A stretch of DNA of 62,114 nt, counting the filler, from Rhabdomonas costata (taxonomy: Eukaryota), in the NCBI GenBank assembly GCA_019059605.1. It is 28 parts of 28 records of this genome, joined end to end, with 100 filler letters (N's around TTAATTAATTAA, not from the genome) between each part and the next. Parts side by side here need not be neighbours in the genome. Positions count along the whole stretch, not along the records: positions 13,346 to 15,468 come from JAHMHO010005462.1; positions 15,569 to 17,691 come from JAHMHO010005463.1; positions 17,792 to 19,913 come from JAHMHO010005464.1; positions 20,014 to 22,135 come from JAHMHO010005465.1; positions 22,236 to 24,359 come from JAHMHO010005466.1; positions 24,460 to 26,580 come from JAHMHO010005467.1; 22 more parts are not named here. The stretch is one strand, 5' to 3'. Position 1 is the first letter of the stretch, and the number at the start of each line of letters is the position of its first letter. Below are positions 13,804-26,130 of the stretch, in pieces. The translations under genes were made by a program, and so were the position numbers. The notes beneath the pieces are model-generated. The model had not been told where the DNA came from and made no database searches. It saw only the letters and a program-made list of their open reading frames with translations.

Positions 13804-15306
13804 GCTCCGGGGCTTCCATGGGAAACCTCTGCCCCGCGGGGACGTACAACGCGATGTACGGGATCTGGAACGTCACCTCCTGCCAGCTCTGCGATGGGGG
13901 AAAGTACTGCCCCATCGACGGGATGAATGCCTCGACCAACTCCTGCTACGCTGGTGTGCCACCAACGTGCAATTCCGTTGGCCCCTTGGGTTCAATGTTC
14001 TCTCCCGGCTGCACTGAAGTTTGGGGTCCTTGCTAATGAAAAAACACCGTCCCCGTTTGCATGCGTGCAAAGCGCAACGCAGGGGGGATTGTATCCAGTG
14101 TCAACGGTCAACCGAGTTGTGTTTTGAAGAGACGTGCTTTGTATTGGAAAGGAAGGCACGCGACCATTCCGTGGGACCAGGCCGCGTTTTGAAAAAGTGA
14201 AGCCCGGATTAGATGGAAATTCAAGGTGGATTTCTCGGTATCCCAAAATACCTATCTCCTTGTCGGCTCCTATGCATCCCTGAAAGCACGCGCGCATGCC
14301 TTGTTCGCAGGGTACTACTGCACCCAGGGCGCGGTCAGCCCCTATGGTAGGCTCGGGGTGATGGGTGGGGACGCTGGGCCGTGCTGGGTGGGCTCGTACT
14401 GCCCCAATGCCACGGTGGTCCCCTTTGCCTGCCCCGCAGGCTCCTTCAACCCCTCCACGCTCAGCGTCTCCAGCTCTGCCTGCCTGCTGTGCATCCCAGG
14501 TGTTTTCAAAGGGCAGAGAGTGATGGTGAGGTGGTGGAGAGCGGGGAAACAAAGGTGTGGGTTTGTGGAGCCATTATGGGCATTTCTGCGGTATCGGAAA
14601 GATGAAGCAGCCACTTAGCGATAAAGGAGGAGGGTTCGTTTTCATCCGACGCAGAAGGTGTTTTCCCACATCATGTTCAAAAACGTGACTGAGAAGCGCA
14701 CTCGGAAACTTTTCCAAGTTGAAGTGTTGGTGGTACACTTGAGCGGCACCGAGTCCTTTTTGTGCCATGTCCAGTCCTTTATCTTCGGGGTCCTCTTGGG
14801 TCCGGTCCGTTGGTGGATGGAGAGACGTTTAACCGTATACGCTGTTATACTACTTTTAATGGACTGCGCGACGCTTGTAGGGAAGTACTGCCCGACGGAG
14901 CGCACTGGAACGCCCTCTTCCTTACTGCCCAATTGCGATCCAGGATGGTACTGTCCTCCTCCAGGTGCAGCCCACGCTTACCTCTCTGTTGCCCCCTCTT
15001 CGCCCCACCAGACCCGCAAACCTCTTCTTTCAACTCCACCAGCAATCTCCTCATCTCTTGTCAGACTCCTGTTCGCATGCACACCGAGCCTAATTTGTTC
15101 TTCCCTTCGTTGCAAGAGCAATGCTATCATGGGTGTAGATCACATCACGTATGGTCTTTGCTTTAGTCTAGGGTCCTCTTTGGCTTCTCGCACCTGCTCT
15201 GCCCATCCCACCCTCTCAGGGGGTGCGGTGCAAAGCAAGCCCTACCAATGTCCCGCAGGACAATACTGCCCTGCCGGGTCCGCTGCAGGCATCCTCTGCA
15301 ACGCAG
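13804..15306 (+). CDS. Cys-rich repeat (GCC2/GCC3, ephrin-receptor-like) surface protein, exons 13804-13953, 14311-14499, 14881-14964, 15220-15306
   Basis: Repeated CPAGTYN/CPAGSFN/GxYCP motifs. All four exons are symmetric phase-1 with GT-AG boundaries. Confidence 0.85.
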
Positions 15307-16759
15307 GTACGAACAAAAACGGCAATGCCCTTTGCGCTTTGACGCCACTTCTTTACAGATACATATGCCCATATGTTTGTGGTTGGGGCTTGTGCTGGAT
15401 GCCTTGCCTCCTGGCAAGAGGCTGTGCGCATGTGTCTTTTCATGAAAGCCTTTCGGAAACCCCAACACNNNNNNNNNNNNNNNNNNNNNNNNNNNNNNNN
15501 NNNNNNNNNNNNTTAATTAATTAANNNNNNNNNNNNNNNNNNNNNNNNNNNNNNNNNNNNNNNNNNNNGGTGGGGGAAGATGATACTTATCTGGAACCTG
15601 AAACCAACCAACGCAAAGCTTCACAATAGTCTGCACCATTAGTTCTGGGCAAAGATCCATCAGAGAGTGGTATGCTCCCTCTCTTTAGCAATGGGTCTGA
15701 ATATGTAATTGTGATGGTTTGGGCTTCACAACAGGATTCACTGTGTACTGACATGGATGACTTCGAGGGTACTGAATATGGAACTGTGGAATAAATGGCT
15801 GGTGATGTGTCTTTCACCATGGTCCATCCGTCTGGTCTGCATCCATTCATTTCTACCACTTCCACAACCACAACGTACCTCTGCATGGTTAGCAAAAACT
15901 ACAAACACTACAGTTTTAGTCTTCGCATTATTTTTCTGGACCGCTCCAGCATATGTGGATGTGTATGATCTGTTGCCAGTGGAAACTTATTTAACTGCGG
16001 TTGTCTGGCTTGGTTTAGGCTTCTGAAACTTGGACGCCGGTATAGAACTGGTACCTGCCCACGTATGCTCGTAGACTGCTCCATGGACCTCGCTACACTT
16101 CTTCTTGGTTTCTGTAACCGAATGTTGTACCGAAGCTGGTCTCAACTTTGGAACTGTCCCTGGATCCTCCTTGAGAACTGCACTCTTTGTTAAAGACAAG
16201 GGCGTCGCTATGGCCACCACTGTCATCGTGTTATCGCCACTGCTGTGCATTACATCCTCTGGTAGATTCCAGCAACCGTTACATACACATCTTTGGCTGT
16301 GGCAAAATCGATCCCAACGAATCTGCAACTGGTTGCTGTGGAGGGGGCTTCGGGGCTCAAGGGACGTACTTCACCCACTGCCTCGTCTCTTGAAGCTGGG
16401 GCAACCAGTCTATGGAAAGATTGTACCGTTCTAAAATTGTAAAATTGTATTGTACCGTTCTAAAATAAGAAACGATCCATGTATCTTCTCAACCACCTCC
16501 ATCACATACGTCATCACGGAATGGCCCCAACACTGGTGGAATTGTAGGCATGATCGGTAACTGTTGAATTTCCTGGGCAACCGTCCTCCACTCATTCACT
16601 GTTGCGTCCAATTGCCCATATCAACTCCTCCATGCTCCACTATACCCACTAGATTTGAGTCTTTTGCCTTCTCTTCCTTTAATGGTACTGATATGAAATT
16701 TACCGCACTGCCTCAATCAATTTAGCGGTTCTTTCCATCCCGGAACATCTGAGATCCGA

Positions 16760-17691
16760 TCACTTCTTTGTGACACGGTCCCGCGCCATCTTCACAATGT
16801 CGTAGAATACCTGCGGCTTCTTCATTTTGTGTGCGTACATTTCCAGACGAATCTCTTCAAGAGTAGCCGCGATGCGGAAAAGTTTATCCTCGGAGTGATG
16901 TGCCCCAGAGAGCTGCAAGCCGATTGGGATGTTGGAGCTGTCTGCCGTATCCACGGGAACGGTGATGGAGGGAAAGCCAACAAAGTTCGCCAAAAAGGCA
17001 TAGCGCATGATCAACGTCGTCTTGGAAAGATCGCTCCCACCGAATTCCACGGCATCCTCTGGAATAGGAGGTGGGCGGCACGCAGTGGTGGGAGTTACAA
17101 AGGCATCAAGGTTGTATGCCTTGATCAACTTGTTCCACAGCCGGATGGCATACGTGCGCACCTTCTGAGCCAGAACATAGTCCCTGCCAGAGAGCATCCG
17201 GCCCATCCCGAGTCCGATGAGCGTCTCAGGGTTGAACTCTCGGATCGCTCCGGTGCCATTGAGGAAAAACGTCTCCATTGATGAGCTCATCTCCGTGATA
17301 ATGGTAATGACGTGCGCGATCTGCACCACACGCAGAAATGGCAGGGTAGGAATAGTCACGATCGTCACTCCACGCATCAGCAGGTCGGTCAGTGCCTGCT
17401 GGCAAGCCTCCACAATGTCTGGGTTGGCGTCGTTGAACCATGGGTAATACACCCCCAGGCGGATCCCCACCAATGACTTGGTGGAGGTGATGCCTGCAAA
17501 ATGAACTGGAGGCAGCCCCTCTGTGGCGCTATCGTGGCTGTCAGGTCCCGCGATGATGGAGTACGCCAGCGCGGCGTCGTACACGGACCGTGTCATCGGC
17601 CCGATATGCCCCAGGGTCCAGTCCAGGGGGTAGGACCCATGGTTGGAAATGCGGCCGTAGGTAGCCTTGACACCCACCAACCCGTGGAAGG
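16760..17691 (-). CDS. Amidase-signature family protein (FAAH-like), C-terminal ~310 aa, intronless, 5'-truncated by the contig end
   Basis: GLVGVKATYGRIS, GHIGPMTRSV.DAAL, DAFVTPTT, YAFLANFVGFPSITVPV, PIGLQL, EDKLFRIA in one uninterrupted ORF. Confidence 0.9.
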
Positions 17692-17826
17692 NNNNNNNNN
17701 NNNNNNNNNNNNNNNNNNNNNNNNNNNNNNNNNNNTTAATTAATTAANNNNNNNNNNNNNNNNNNNNNNNNNNNNNNNNNNNNNNNNNNNNTGTTGGGTG
17801 TGTTGGTTGTGTGTGTCGCGGCACAG

Positions 17827-19867
17827 CTGTCCCTTTTTGCGGAATCGTTCAACGAGATGCTTTCCCACAAGTTCGCGTTGAGGATCCTGGAGACGCTGCG
17901 CAAGAAGAAGGAGGACCATGACAGAATTGTGTGTGCCGCTGCGTTCGCCCTACCCTGCTGCGCACGCATCCAATTTTGCGTTCCTGTCGCCGAGTCTTAT
18001 TTCTTTTTCTGCCCTTGTGTGCGGTTGTATTCTTCGCCATCTCTAGTTTTTGGTATGTGATGCAATCTCGGTTCTCCTTCTGCTTGGCGCATACTTGTGC
18101 GGGTATGTACGCGTGAGCAAGGATCGTGCTCTTGTGTTAAGCGAACGTACGTCGCCTTTTCGCAGACGGCGGATCAGAAACGCAAGCGCGACGCTGATCT
18201 GGCTGAGCGCACGGCGAAGCTTGCGGCAGAGAAAGAGGAGCGCGAGACGAAGCGCCGGAAGTTGGAGGAGGAGAAGAAGGAGGAGACGGTGCCACACCTT
18301 CCCACCTTTTCCCATAAACATTGAGAAAGTGGGGGACAGTTACCCAGGGAAATTTTTACAAGAAGAAAGGATTGAGCCAAAATACAGATATCGAGAGGGA
18401 TCTACTGCTGCCGCGTATGTTCTCTAATACCGTGAAATCCTGTGAAGAAAGAGTGTCCCTTTTCCTTGTGAATGTGAAATGTGAGGTGAGATCATGGAGG
18501 AAGAAAGAGATGAACTAGCGGCAAAGCACTGGAAACGGTAGAGGTGAGTTCCTCAATATGGCTTGGTTTATCTGGAATGTCTGTTGGCTCTGTGGTCATT
18601 TATCGAAGCGATTCTCTCGATTCAGACATAAGTGTTCCTAAGTCAAAAAAAATCCCTGTTTGTGTGCCTTTTCGATGGTGACGCGGCTTCAGGAGCGCCG
18701 GAAGAAGCTGGAGGAGGAGGAGAAGTACCTCACTGAGGAGCAGGTCAAGGAGCGTCGTGCCAAGGAGGCCGAGGAGAAGAAGCGGAAGGAGGACGAGGAG
18801 CGCGCCAAGCGCGAAGCTGAGGCCAAGGCCGCGAAGGAGGTGTGTGCTCGTGTGGGTGGTGTGCCCTCCGCTCTCCGTCCGTCACTGAGGAGAGGCGTAA
18901 AAGTTTTCGCAGCGCCAAACGTTTTTGGACTTTGGTGGACGAGTGGGATTGCCATTGTTTTGACGGACGAGTGGGACAAGTTTCTTCATAGGTGAAGGAG
19001 AGTACAGAGAGAGGGAAGAAAAGAAAGAAAGAAGTGAAACATTCCTTTCTTTTATGTATTTGTGGTAGGCCGAGGAGAAGCGCAAGAAGGCTGCGGAGGA
19101 GGAGCGGGAGCGCAAAGAGGCCGAGGAGAAGGCCAAGCCCACCCGCACCGTAGTGGAGAGCACCACCACCGTGGATGAGGCCGTGCTGGAGCCCTTCCTG
19201 TACTTCGACCGCCCCCTGGCCACGGGCCAGCAGAGTGGGCAGCTGCGGCGCGAGAAGCTCGAGGAGATCCTGCACGGCCTGGGTGCGCCCCCCCCCTCCA
19301 AGCACCACCCACACATCCATACGCGCTGTGCATAGTGGCACGATACCCACGCGATGGGTGAATCAAGAATTCCCCTGAGGCGAGGAACCGCGGGAAACCG
19401 CGCAACATGCTCGTCTTCGCAGCGGTATCACGCTGGCGAGTCGAAGACCCGTCCCCGCCGAGCGAGCACACGGGATATTCGGGGTGTTGGGGAGAGAGTG
19501 AGGTGAGAGGTTTTTGGGAATTTGGAGTGCCGTGGGGAGTGCTACCACCGATTTACTTCTTCACAGTAGAAAGCCGTGAGATCACCTGGAACTGGTGCGT
19601 TTACGCACACACAAACGATAAGCTCTGGGGGCCTCTTCCAAACAAGGAAGGAAGGCCCACACACATACATAAACCATGTCAAGTGCAGAGTTTTTGTGTT
19701 ATTCTGTTGTACATTATTTGTATTCGTGTGTTTGTGTAGATTTCAGTAATGTGCTTGAATGATGTCAACCACCGTACACAGGGGACCTTAATCAGCGCGA
19801 AGTTAACGACCTTCTCGTGGCTGCGGGGATGCCGCGGGAGAGGCCGCAGAGCGTGCTGTTCTACAAG
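17827..19867 (+). CDS. CCAR1/DBC1-family protein, C-terminal exons (17827-17928, 18166-18288, 18693-18839, 19069-19282, 19782-19867)
   Basis: LSLFAESFNEML..FALRI, then an E/K/R-rich linker, then VDEAVLEPFLYFDR..GQLRREKLEEILHGLG (EF-hand-like) and ..LFYK. All GT-AG junctions are in phase. Confidence 0.8.
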
Positions 19868-20677
19868 GTTTGGAGCAGGCCGATGTCGCTCCTACCGCTG
19901 CCTCCCCCACAACNNNNNNNNNNNNNNNNNNNNNNNNNNNNNNNNNNNNNNNNNNNNTTAATTAATTAANNNNNNNNNNNNNNNNNNNNNNNNNNNNNNN
20001 NNNNNNNNNNNNNTGTTTTTGGGGCCAGGTTTTCAATGAATTTTAATGCTTTTTAATGGGGTAAATGCGACTTGAGCGATAAATGTAGTTGGCTATGTAA
20101 AACTGTGTTCCCGTGCCCCAATATGAGGGATTGATAGTGATATTGAGAGTGATGTTCTCAAGAGATATTCGCAACCGAAAAAGTGCACTCTGAATCAGGC
20201 AATTTGGATTTATAAAGCTAAAAAGGGTAGTGAAAAAACTGGTTTTGATCCGGAGGTGTTTTTGCCTCTTTTCGGCCTGTTCTTTGTGTGCCTACCCCTA
20301 TGTGCTACTTTGAGATGACGCGGGCCATATGTGGTAGACGTATAAAACTGAAGCCCGTTATTTTTGAGTGCGCACAACACCCCTCAAGGCCCCGGCTGTC
20401 ATTGGGCATGCGTTGGATATGCGAATTTCTACGGAGTTGAAGAACGAAACACTTGTTTACGAGTTAGAACGAGATTTTTTTTTATTGCAAAATCTATGCA
20501 AAATACGAATTGCTCACTGCCACCGGAAGCCACCGCGCCATGGGCGGAACCCGTGCAACGGGAGACTCGAGGAGGTCGGATCTGCCGCCAAAATCAGCTC
20601 CACTGATGAGAGAGTGTGGAGGCCTTCTCGTTGGAGTTGCTCCTCTTTGCATGTGTTCTCTTATGTTTGTGGTGCAG

Positions 20678-21774
20678 TGCAGCGTGCGGTTCGCGCTGTG
20701 CCCGGGGACGGAGGAGTACTGCGTGGTGGACATGAGCACCCGCTTCTCTCGCTCCTCTGCTCTGGCCTCGAAGGCTACCGGTGCGGCAACCTGCCATAAA
20801 GCGCGCACGTGTTTGCGCGTGACTCTCCACGAATGCAAGTTCGTGCTGAGGGCTAAGACACTCAAGCACGCATGGCCATGGGAACAGCAATCTGACCGTT
20901 GAACGTGAATGTACTGCAAAAGCAAAATCATATTCAACAGCAGGGCTTTCCCAACCGGAGGGCTGTGGAGGTCGGAGAAGTCGTGAGCTTTCCTCAAAAG
21001 GGTGCCCAGTATCCTTCTTTGTGGCCCCTGCACCAAAGGGGAAATACCTCAGACCAAAATAGGATCTCTGCGGAAGTTTGACGAGGGAACGCTGCAATAT
21101 GGCTCAGCGCCGTTTTTATTAGGAACATTTTTTTTGCCTTTCGGTGGGACATTTTTTTTTGCTTTAGCTGTATAAGCGTTTTCTGTTAAACGTTGAACCG
21201 CGTTCAGTGTTTTGGGTATTTGCAGATAGATTGGACAGCATTATTTTAGGGGCGGTGGCCGTCCCCCCCCCCCCCCGCGGCAGGCCGCGGAACCAACGAC
21301 TAAACGATTAGCACCGTTGAACAGATTTGTTTTCTTGTTTTTGGGAAGCTGTTTTTCGATCACTGGGGCGTGGTGTATGTGAACTGCGCCACGTTTCGGT
21401 GAAGTTATGATTTTGTCGAAAGGGATTGGATATACTATGCCGGTGCCTCCAAAACGATAGTGTAAACTTTGCTGGTGTTGACGTTTATCGCCCCCCCAAA
21501 TAAAAATGCTATAGCCCCGTCCATGACGAATCATTATGATGATGTCTCGCGGATATTGAGTAAAGTTGCTGCTGTTTGTGAACGCCACTGTTAACTGTAA
21601 ACACCACCTAGACACCCTTTGCCCAAATCCCGACAAGTCCACACTGCTTGTAATGGTTTCGCTTTCTCTCCACTCGGCTTTTGGTCATAATGCACAGGCT
21701 ACCCCTTGGCCTACGTCGCCACGAAGTTGGACCTTAACAAGAGCCTTACCGAGCTGATCAACGCAATGACCAAG
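20678..21774 (+). CDS. Carbamoyl-phosphate synthetase large chain/CAD-like, two exons (20678-20780, 21698-21774), with a divergent active site
   Basis: CSVRFALCPGTEEYCVVDMSTRFSRSSALASKAT/GYPLAYVATKLDLNKSLTELINAMTK. SRSSALASKATGYPLA is diagnostic of the first ATP-grasp domain of CPS. Confidence 0.88.
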
Positions 21775-22359
21775 GTGCGCTCTCCAGACTGAAGCGGCAT
21801 GAAGCTTGGGCTCAGCACGCAGGCCGGGTCCAAAAAGTGTCCATGCCACCAGGGCCCCCCTGGGAATGGGGCAAAGTCGAAGAGGGCTCGACGTCGAAAG
21901 TAGACCCTTGACGATGCCATAGCTGTTCGTAGAGATGCAGCCAGAGGCTGGGAAGCTGCCCGGAACCTCAACCCAGGAGCAATAGCAATTTTATCCTACC
22001 TAGTCCTGGCGCCAACCGGACTTCAGCTCATGTACCGTTACCCATGGCAAATCCTCAGGCCTGGCTCCAGTTCCAGGGGGTCCAGTCCAACCCACCCCCT
22101 CAGACGTGTCAATACATCGACCGCTACCACCAACCNNNNNNNNNNNNNNNNNNNNNNNNNNNNNNNNNNNNNNNNNNNNTTAATTAATTAANNNNNNNNN
22201 NNNNNNNNNNNNNNNNNNNNNNNNNNNNNNNNNNNGTGTGGGGTGGTGTCGGTCAACACCGACCCCACCACAACAAGCAACTGTACCCGGACTAAATTTG
22301 CAACAGGAATTATTTTGAATGTTTTGATCCAAGGGAAGTCAAACATATACCTCTTTCTT

Positions 22360-23010
22360 CGAGCAAATGTGTGTGCCGAAGACCACTTGGACCGGGGGCA
22401 GAGAGTGGTTTGAAACTGCGCAGCTCCCGCAGGACATGTTTGGGTGTCAGACCCCGATCTTCGAACGGTGCGCTCTTGGCTGAGCTGGCGTCAAGAGGGT
22501 GCCCCAGGGGGTGAAGAGCTCGTAGTCGTGCGAGCGTGTCGTCGTCCACTGGCGCAAGCTTGGAGGCCCCATTAAGAAGAGAAAGCCCTTTTGAGTGAGC
22601 GCCCTCGGCGACCGCAGCCGTTACCTGGCGAACTACGGGGGCCGGGGTCTGGTCTTCTTCCTGCCCCTCCGGTGCGACCACAGGGAACTGGGGACGTTGC
22701 TTTGCCTTTCGCTGTCGGTGAGCGGCTTCGTCCCAAAGAGCCTGAACCTCGCCTGCTTCTCAGGGGCGAAACCGGGGGCCAAGAACCGAGACGAGGCACT
22801 TGTTGGCACCTCCCCGCGGCAGTTGCGCCAGAGGACATTTGGGCGGGGGAACGCCACTCGGGAACGAGTTTCGAGGAACGCGCTTAGGAGGTTTCCGAGA
22901 ACTAGGCTCCAGCGCAGGCGCAGCGATTTGGGCACGTGCAGTAAGGTCACCACCGGTGCGGAAAGGAGATCCTCCAGGGAAGGTAAGCGTGTATCAAACA
23001 AAATGGTTGT
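22360..23010 (-). mobile_element. CRE/SLACS-clade non-LTR retrotransposon fragment (region N-terminal to RT and start of RT)
   Basis: TLLHVPKSLRLRW, then after a frameshift EGAHSKGLSLL..LAPVDDDTLARLRALHP..VLRELRSFKPLSAPGPSGLRHTHL. Truncated. Confidence 0.8.
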
Positions 23011-23200
23011 CATGAATAGTGTTTCCTTTCCACACCACAGTGAAGAGGAGCAAGAAAGAAATTCTTCAGGTGCACAGCCGAATAATATGTAATGTGTTGC
23101 AGTAGGAAAGCTGCCACCAAACAAAAAGTTAAAATGAACAATGTGCTGCAGAAACATCAGTTGACGAATGATAACCACTCTCGGCACAGTTCCCAAAAAG

Positions 23201-23806
23201 TCAACAAAAATATCCCCTAAAGAAAATACCCAGACCTTTTGACGGTGCAGCAGGCAGGCACAGCATCCAGGACAAAGCAGCACCGAAAGCAAGCCCAACC
23301 ACCGAGGCAGCTGCGGGCTGAATCCAGCCTGGAAGGGTCTGAAAGAAACTCCGATGTTCAGTGGAGTTGACAGACGCTGGAACTTCCAGGTGGCTGTCAA
23401 GGACAATAAAAGGCACGTCCGGACTGGGGGCTGAGGAAGAAAGGTTCCGCATTGTTCCAATGAGCACCGCCTCACATGTTTCTGCGAAGGCAACATCCCC
23501 TGCAAATATCTGAACTGCAATCACTGTTACTTCCCCTGTGACGTTGGCCACAGTGATCACCTCAGTCCGGCGAATAGTGATGTGATGAGGCTCGGGGCAG
23601 AGCAAAAGTCCATTCAGCCACTTCAGAAGCTTTGCGTGGTCCAGCTGCTCGTACTGTGAGCTGGTACTTGACAGAACAAGGTCAACTGTTCCGGAGGCAA
23701 CTGGAGGCCATCCTCTGGTGGGCCCGCTGTCCGCCACGCCCTCCGCATTAAGAACCACCAAACTTGAGAAAAGAAGCAAAATGACAAGCATGACTGTGAA
23801 AGACAT
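23201..23806 (-). CDS. Hypothetical membrane protein (signal peptide plus C-terminal hydrophobic helix)
   Basis: 201-aa ORF from ATG with hydrophobic N-terminus MSFTVMLVILLLFSSLVVLNA and a TM-like segment AAASVVGLAFGAALSWMLCL. No family recognised. Confidence 0.4.
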   Translation of the reverse strand: MSFTVMLVILLLFSSLVVLNAEGVADSGPTRGWPPVASGTVDLVLSSTSSQYEQLDHAKLLKWLNGLLLCPEPHHITIRRTEVITVANVTGEVTVIAVQIFAGDVAFAETCEAVLIGTMRNLSSSAPSPDVPFIVLDSHLEVPASVNSTEHRSFFQTLPGWIQPAAASVVGLAFGAALSWMLCLPAAPSKGLGIFFRGYFC

Positions 23807-25139
23807 GCAAGTGTGCGGGGAATCAGAAAAGCACCGAGCAAACTGGGGGACCTGGGGCTTGACTTCGGGTTTTGGTTTTCGAGTGGGGTTAGGGTTCGTG
23901 CTTCAGTTCGGGGGGGAATAAGATTTTGTTGGTTTTCCAGCCAACGATTTTTTTGGGGACGTGGCAGCTACCCCACACCCATTTTATTTTATGCTTTATT
24001 TATTCAATGCTAATCATTTATGCTTGAAATGGTAGAAACGGCTAGCATGAACCCAAGATGTATGGGAGGATGGTGATTGGATGGCATGCGGTCACTTTGG
24101 GGAACTGCCGCTGCGTGACAAACAGAGACTCCGCAGCAAAAACTGACAGGTGCACCAGCTCTTTACCCAAACCACATCAGATCCGATGCAACCTGACTAG
24201 ATCTCTTCCCATCCCATCCCAGTTCCGGATAGCCACATGAAAAGAATATATATGATTCTATGATTCGACCCATAATTTAATACCAAAACATCACATGCTC
24301 TCTATTAAACTTAGGAAGTATGATTTTACCATCCTCATAGCCATTTTCGTCCCCAACAGNNNNNNNNNNNNNNNNNNNNNNNNNNNNNNNNNNNNNNNNN
24401 NNNTTAATTAATTAANNNNNNNNNNNNNNNNNNNNNNNNNNNNNNNNNNNNNNNNNNNNTGCCTGGCGATTTGCTTGAGAGAGGAGGTTCCGCTTAAGGG
24501 AAGTGCTTTGTCGCTTCCAAGCGCTTGGGGTGGAGAAAGACCTCCGAGCGTACTAGCCACTACCTGGTTGCTGTTGACCGCTTTCCCGAGATGCTTTCCG
24601 GTATTGGGGCTTCTCGGTATCTTTTTTCTTGCACTTTTCTCTACCCTGTTTGTTGTTTTCGTTGTACGTTGTGCCAGCGTCGTTCCCGCACACAGCCTGG
24701 CCATGTGAATGCGCTGCGTTTGCCCCGTGGAGCTTTGGTGAAAACACTGCACTGCTGAGTGACAATTGTGCGGATACCAGAGATAAGGATCTCCCCTCGG
24801 CAACACCTGAAGCAGTAGTCCGCCACGACTTTAATTCATGTCGTCACGGCTTTGAAGCCACGTCCTAACCAGTCACCCACCCGTTTGATGTCTTCGGAGG
24901 GTTCCGCTGCTGTGCAGGCATGTAAAGAAACGCCGCGAAAACAAAAACCAAACCGAAACCAAAAGCTTCCCAAGTTGTGCTTGGCCGTCCTCTTTCTTCA
25001 ATGCGGCCTTCCGCACTGTCACTTTTGTGGGAACTTTTGGGAAGGCTTGCTCTGCTGCACAGTCCTCTACTCATACCCCTGCTGCTCTCCGCTGTTCTTA
25101 CATACCAGACGCTGAACCCAGAGCGACAGTGAAACTTAG

Positions 25140-25370
25140 GCTTGAAGATGCACTCCGTCAATGAGATCGCGCAGGCGGCGTACAGCGGTGCCGCGTTCGT
25201 GCCGAGGACCCTCTCCGTGGCCTCGTCCGGGGAGGTCACCCCCCAGCCCCAGGTCAGGCTGCTGCTGTGCCCCAAGCCGCTGCTTCCGGGCCAGCTGCAA
25301 GAGGTGGAGACCTCGCAGTGGCCATCGCGGGAAAACAGCTCTGTGTTCGGTCTTGTTGTGGAGAGCCCAG
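25140..25370 (+). CDS. Isolated exon of unknown protein (weakly LON substrate-binding-domain-like)
   Basis: GC3-rich stretch between TAG| and |GTAT encoding VRLLLCPKPLLPGQLQEV...SVFGLVVESP. Confidence 0.35.
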
Positions 25371-25729
25371 GTATATTGACACGGTGGTGGATACTTTTGT
25401 TTGGGGAATTACGCTTCATGGTGTGGGAGCAGGTTTCGCGGGGGCTGTGCCGTGGTACATTACGTACCCTCCTGCCTATGGGCCCATAGACTGGATGAGG
25501 TTTTTTTACTCAGTAGAGGCTCTTCGGAGGCAGAAACCTCCACTGCGCTTCAGATAGTGGTCATGATATATCTTCTTCTCTCTACTGTTTTTTTTTGGTG
25601 GGGCTGGGGGTGGGGGTAGCCTCACCCTCCTATCCTTCTCCTCCGTGCCTGGCTTTGAAGGCATGCAAGGCGTCGGGGCTCCCTCAGGAATAAAGTTGAT
25701 GCTTAAATCTCACTCGTTAAGGCAGGGTG

Positions 25730-26130
25730 ACCACATCCAAATGACCCCCTGAACCGGACCAGAGCCCGGAGACCTAATATGGACCTCATAACTTGAGCTA
25801 GAGTGGCGGATTGGGGCTCATTATTGATGGGATGGTAGTATTCCTGAGATGAGTTGGTTGGCCGCTTCCTGGCCTCGGAGTCCTTCGCAATGCCGAGTTC
25901 TGGGTCTTTAGGGGTATTTTTGGGCCTTTTCAGTGTATTTTTGACTTGGCCGCATTTCCAAAGCCTGAGGAAGCATTTATTCCTCGTGAGGCTTTCGGTG
26001 GGATCCGCATAGCAAATCTAAGGGTGCCCAGCAGTACTTCATGCTGACACCGAGTGGGTCAGAATGCTCCGTTTTACAGCAGCCGAAGATGTGCATTTAC
26101 AGGGGCATTTTTGGGCACATTTTCGGGCTT
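25730..26130 (+). repeat. Dispersed non-coding repeat family, copy 1
   Basis: Shares collinear blocks (CCGGAGACCTAA, GAGCTAGAGTG, GGGATGGTAGTA.TCCTGA.ATGAGTTGGTTGGC, GGCCTCGGA.TCC, CTTCATGCTG) with 47920-48350 on another contig. Confidence 0.8.

Noticed and set aside
22633-23520. 295-aa ORF as a single gene
   Set aside because: Chance fusion of an alternative frame of the 23201-23806 ORF with a retroelement fragment.
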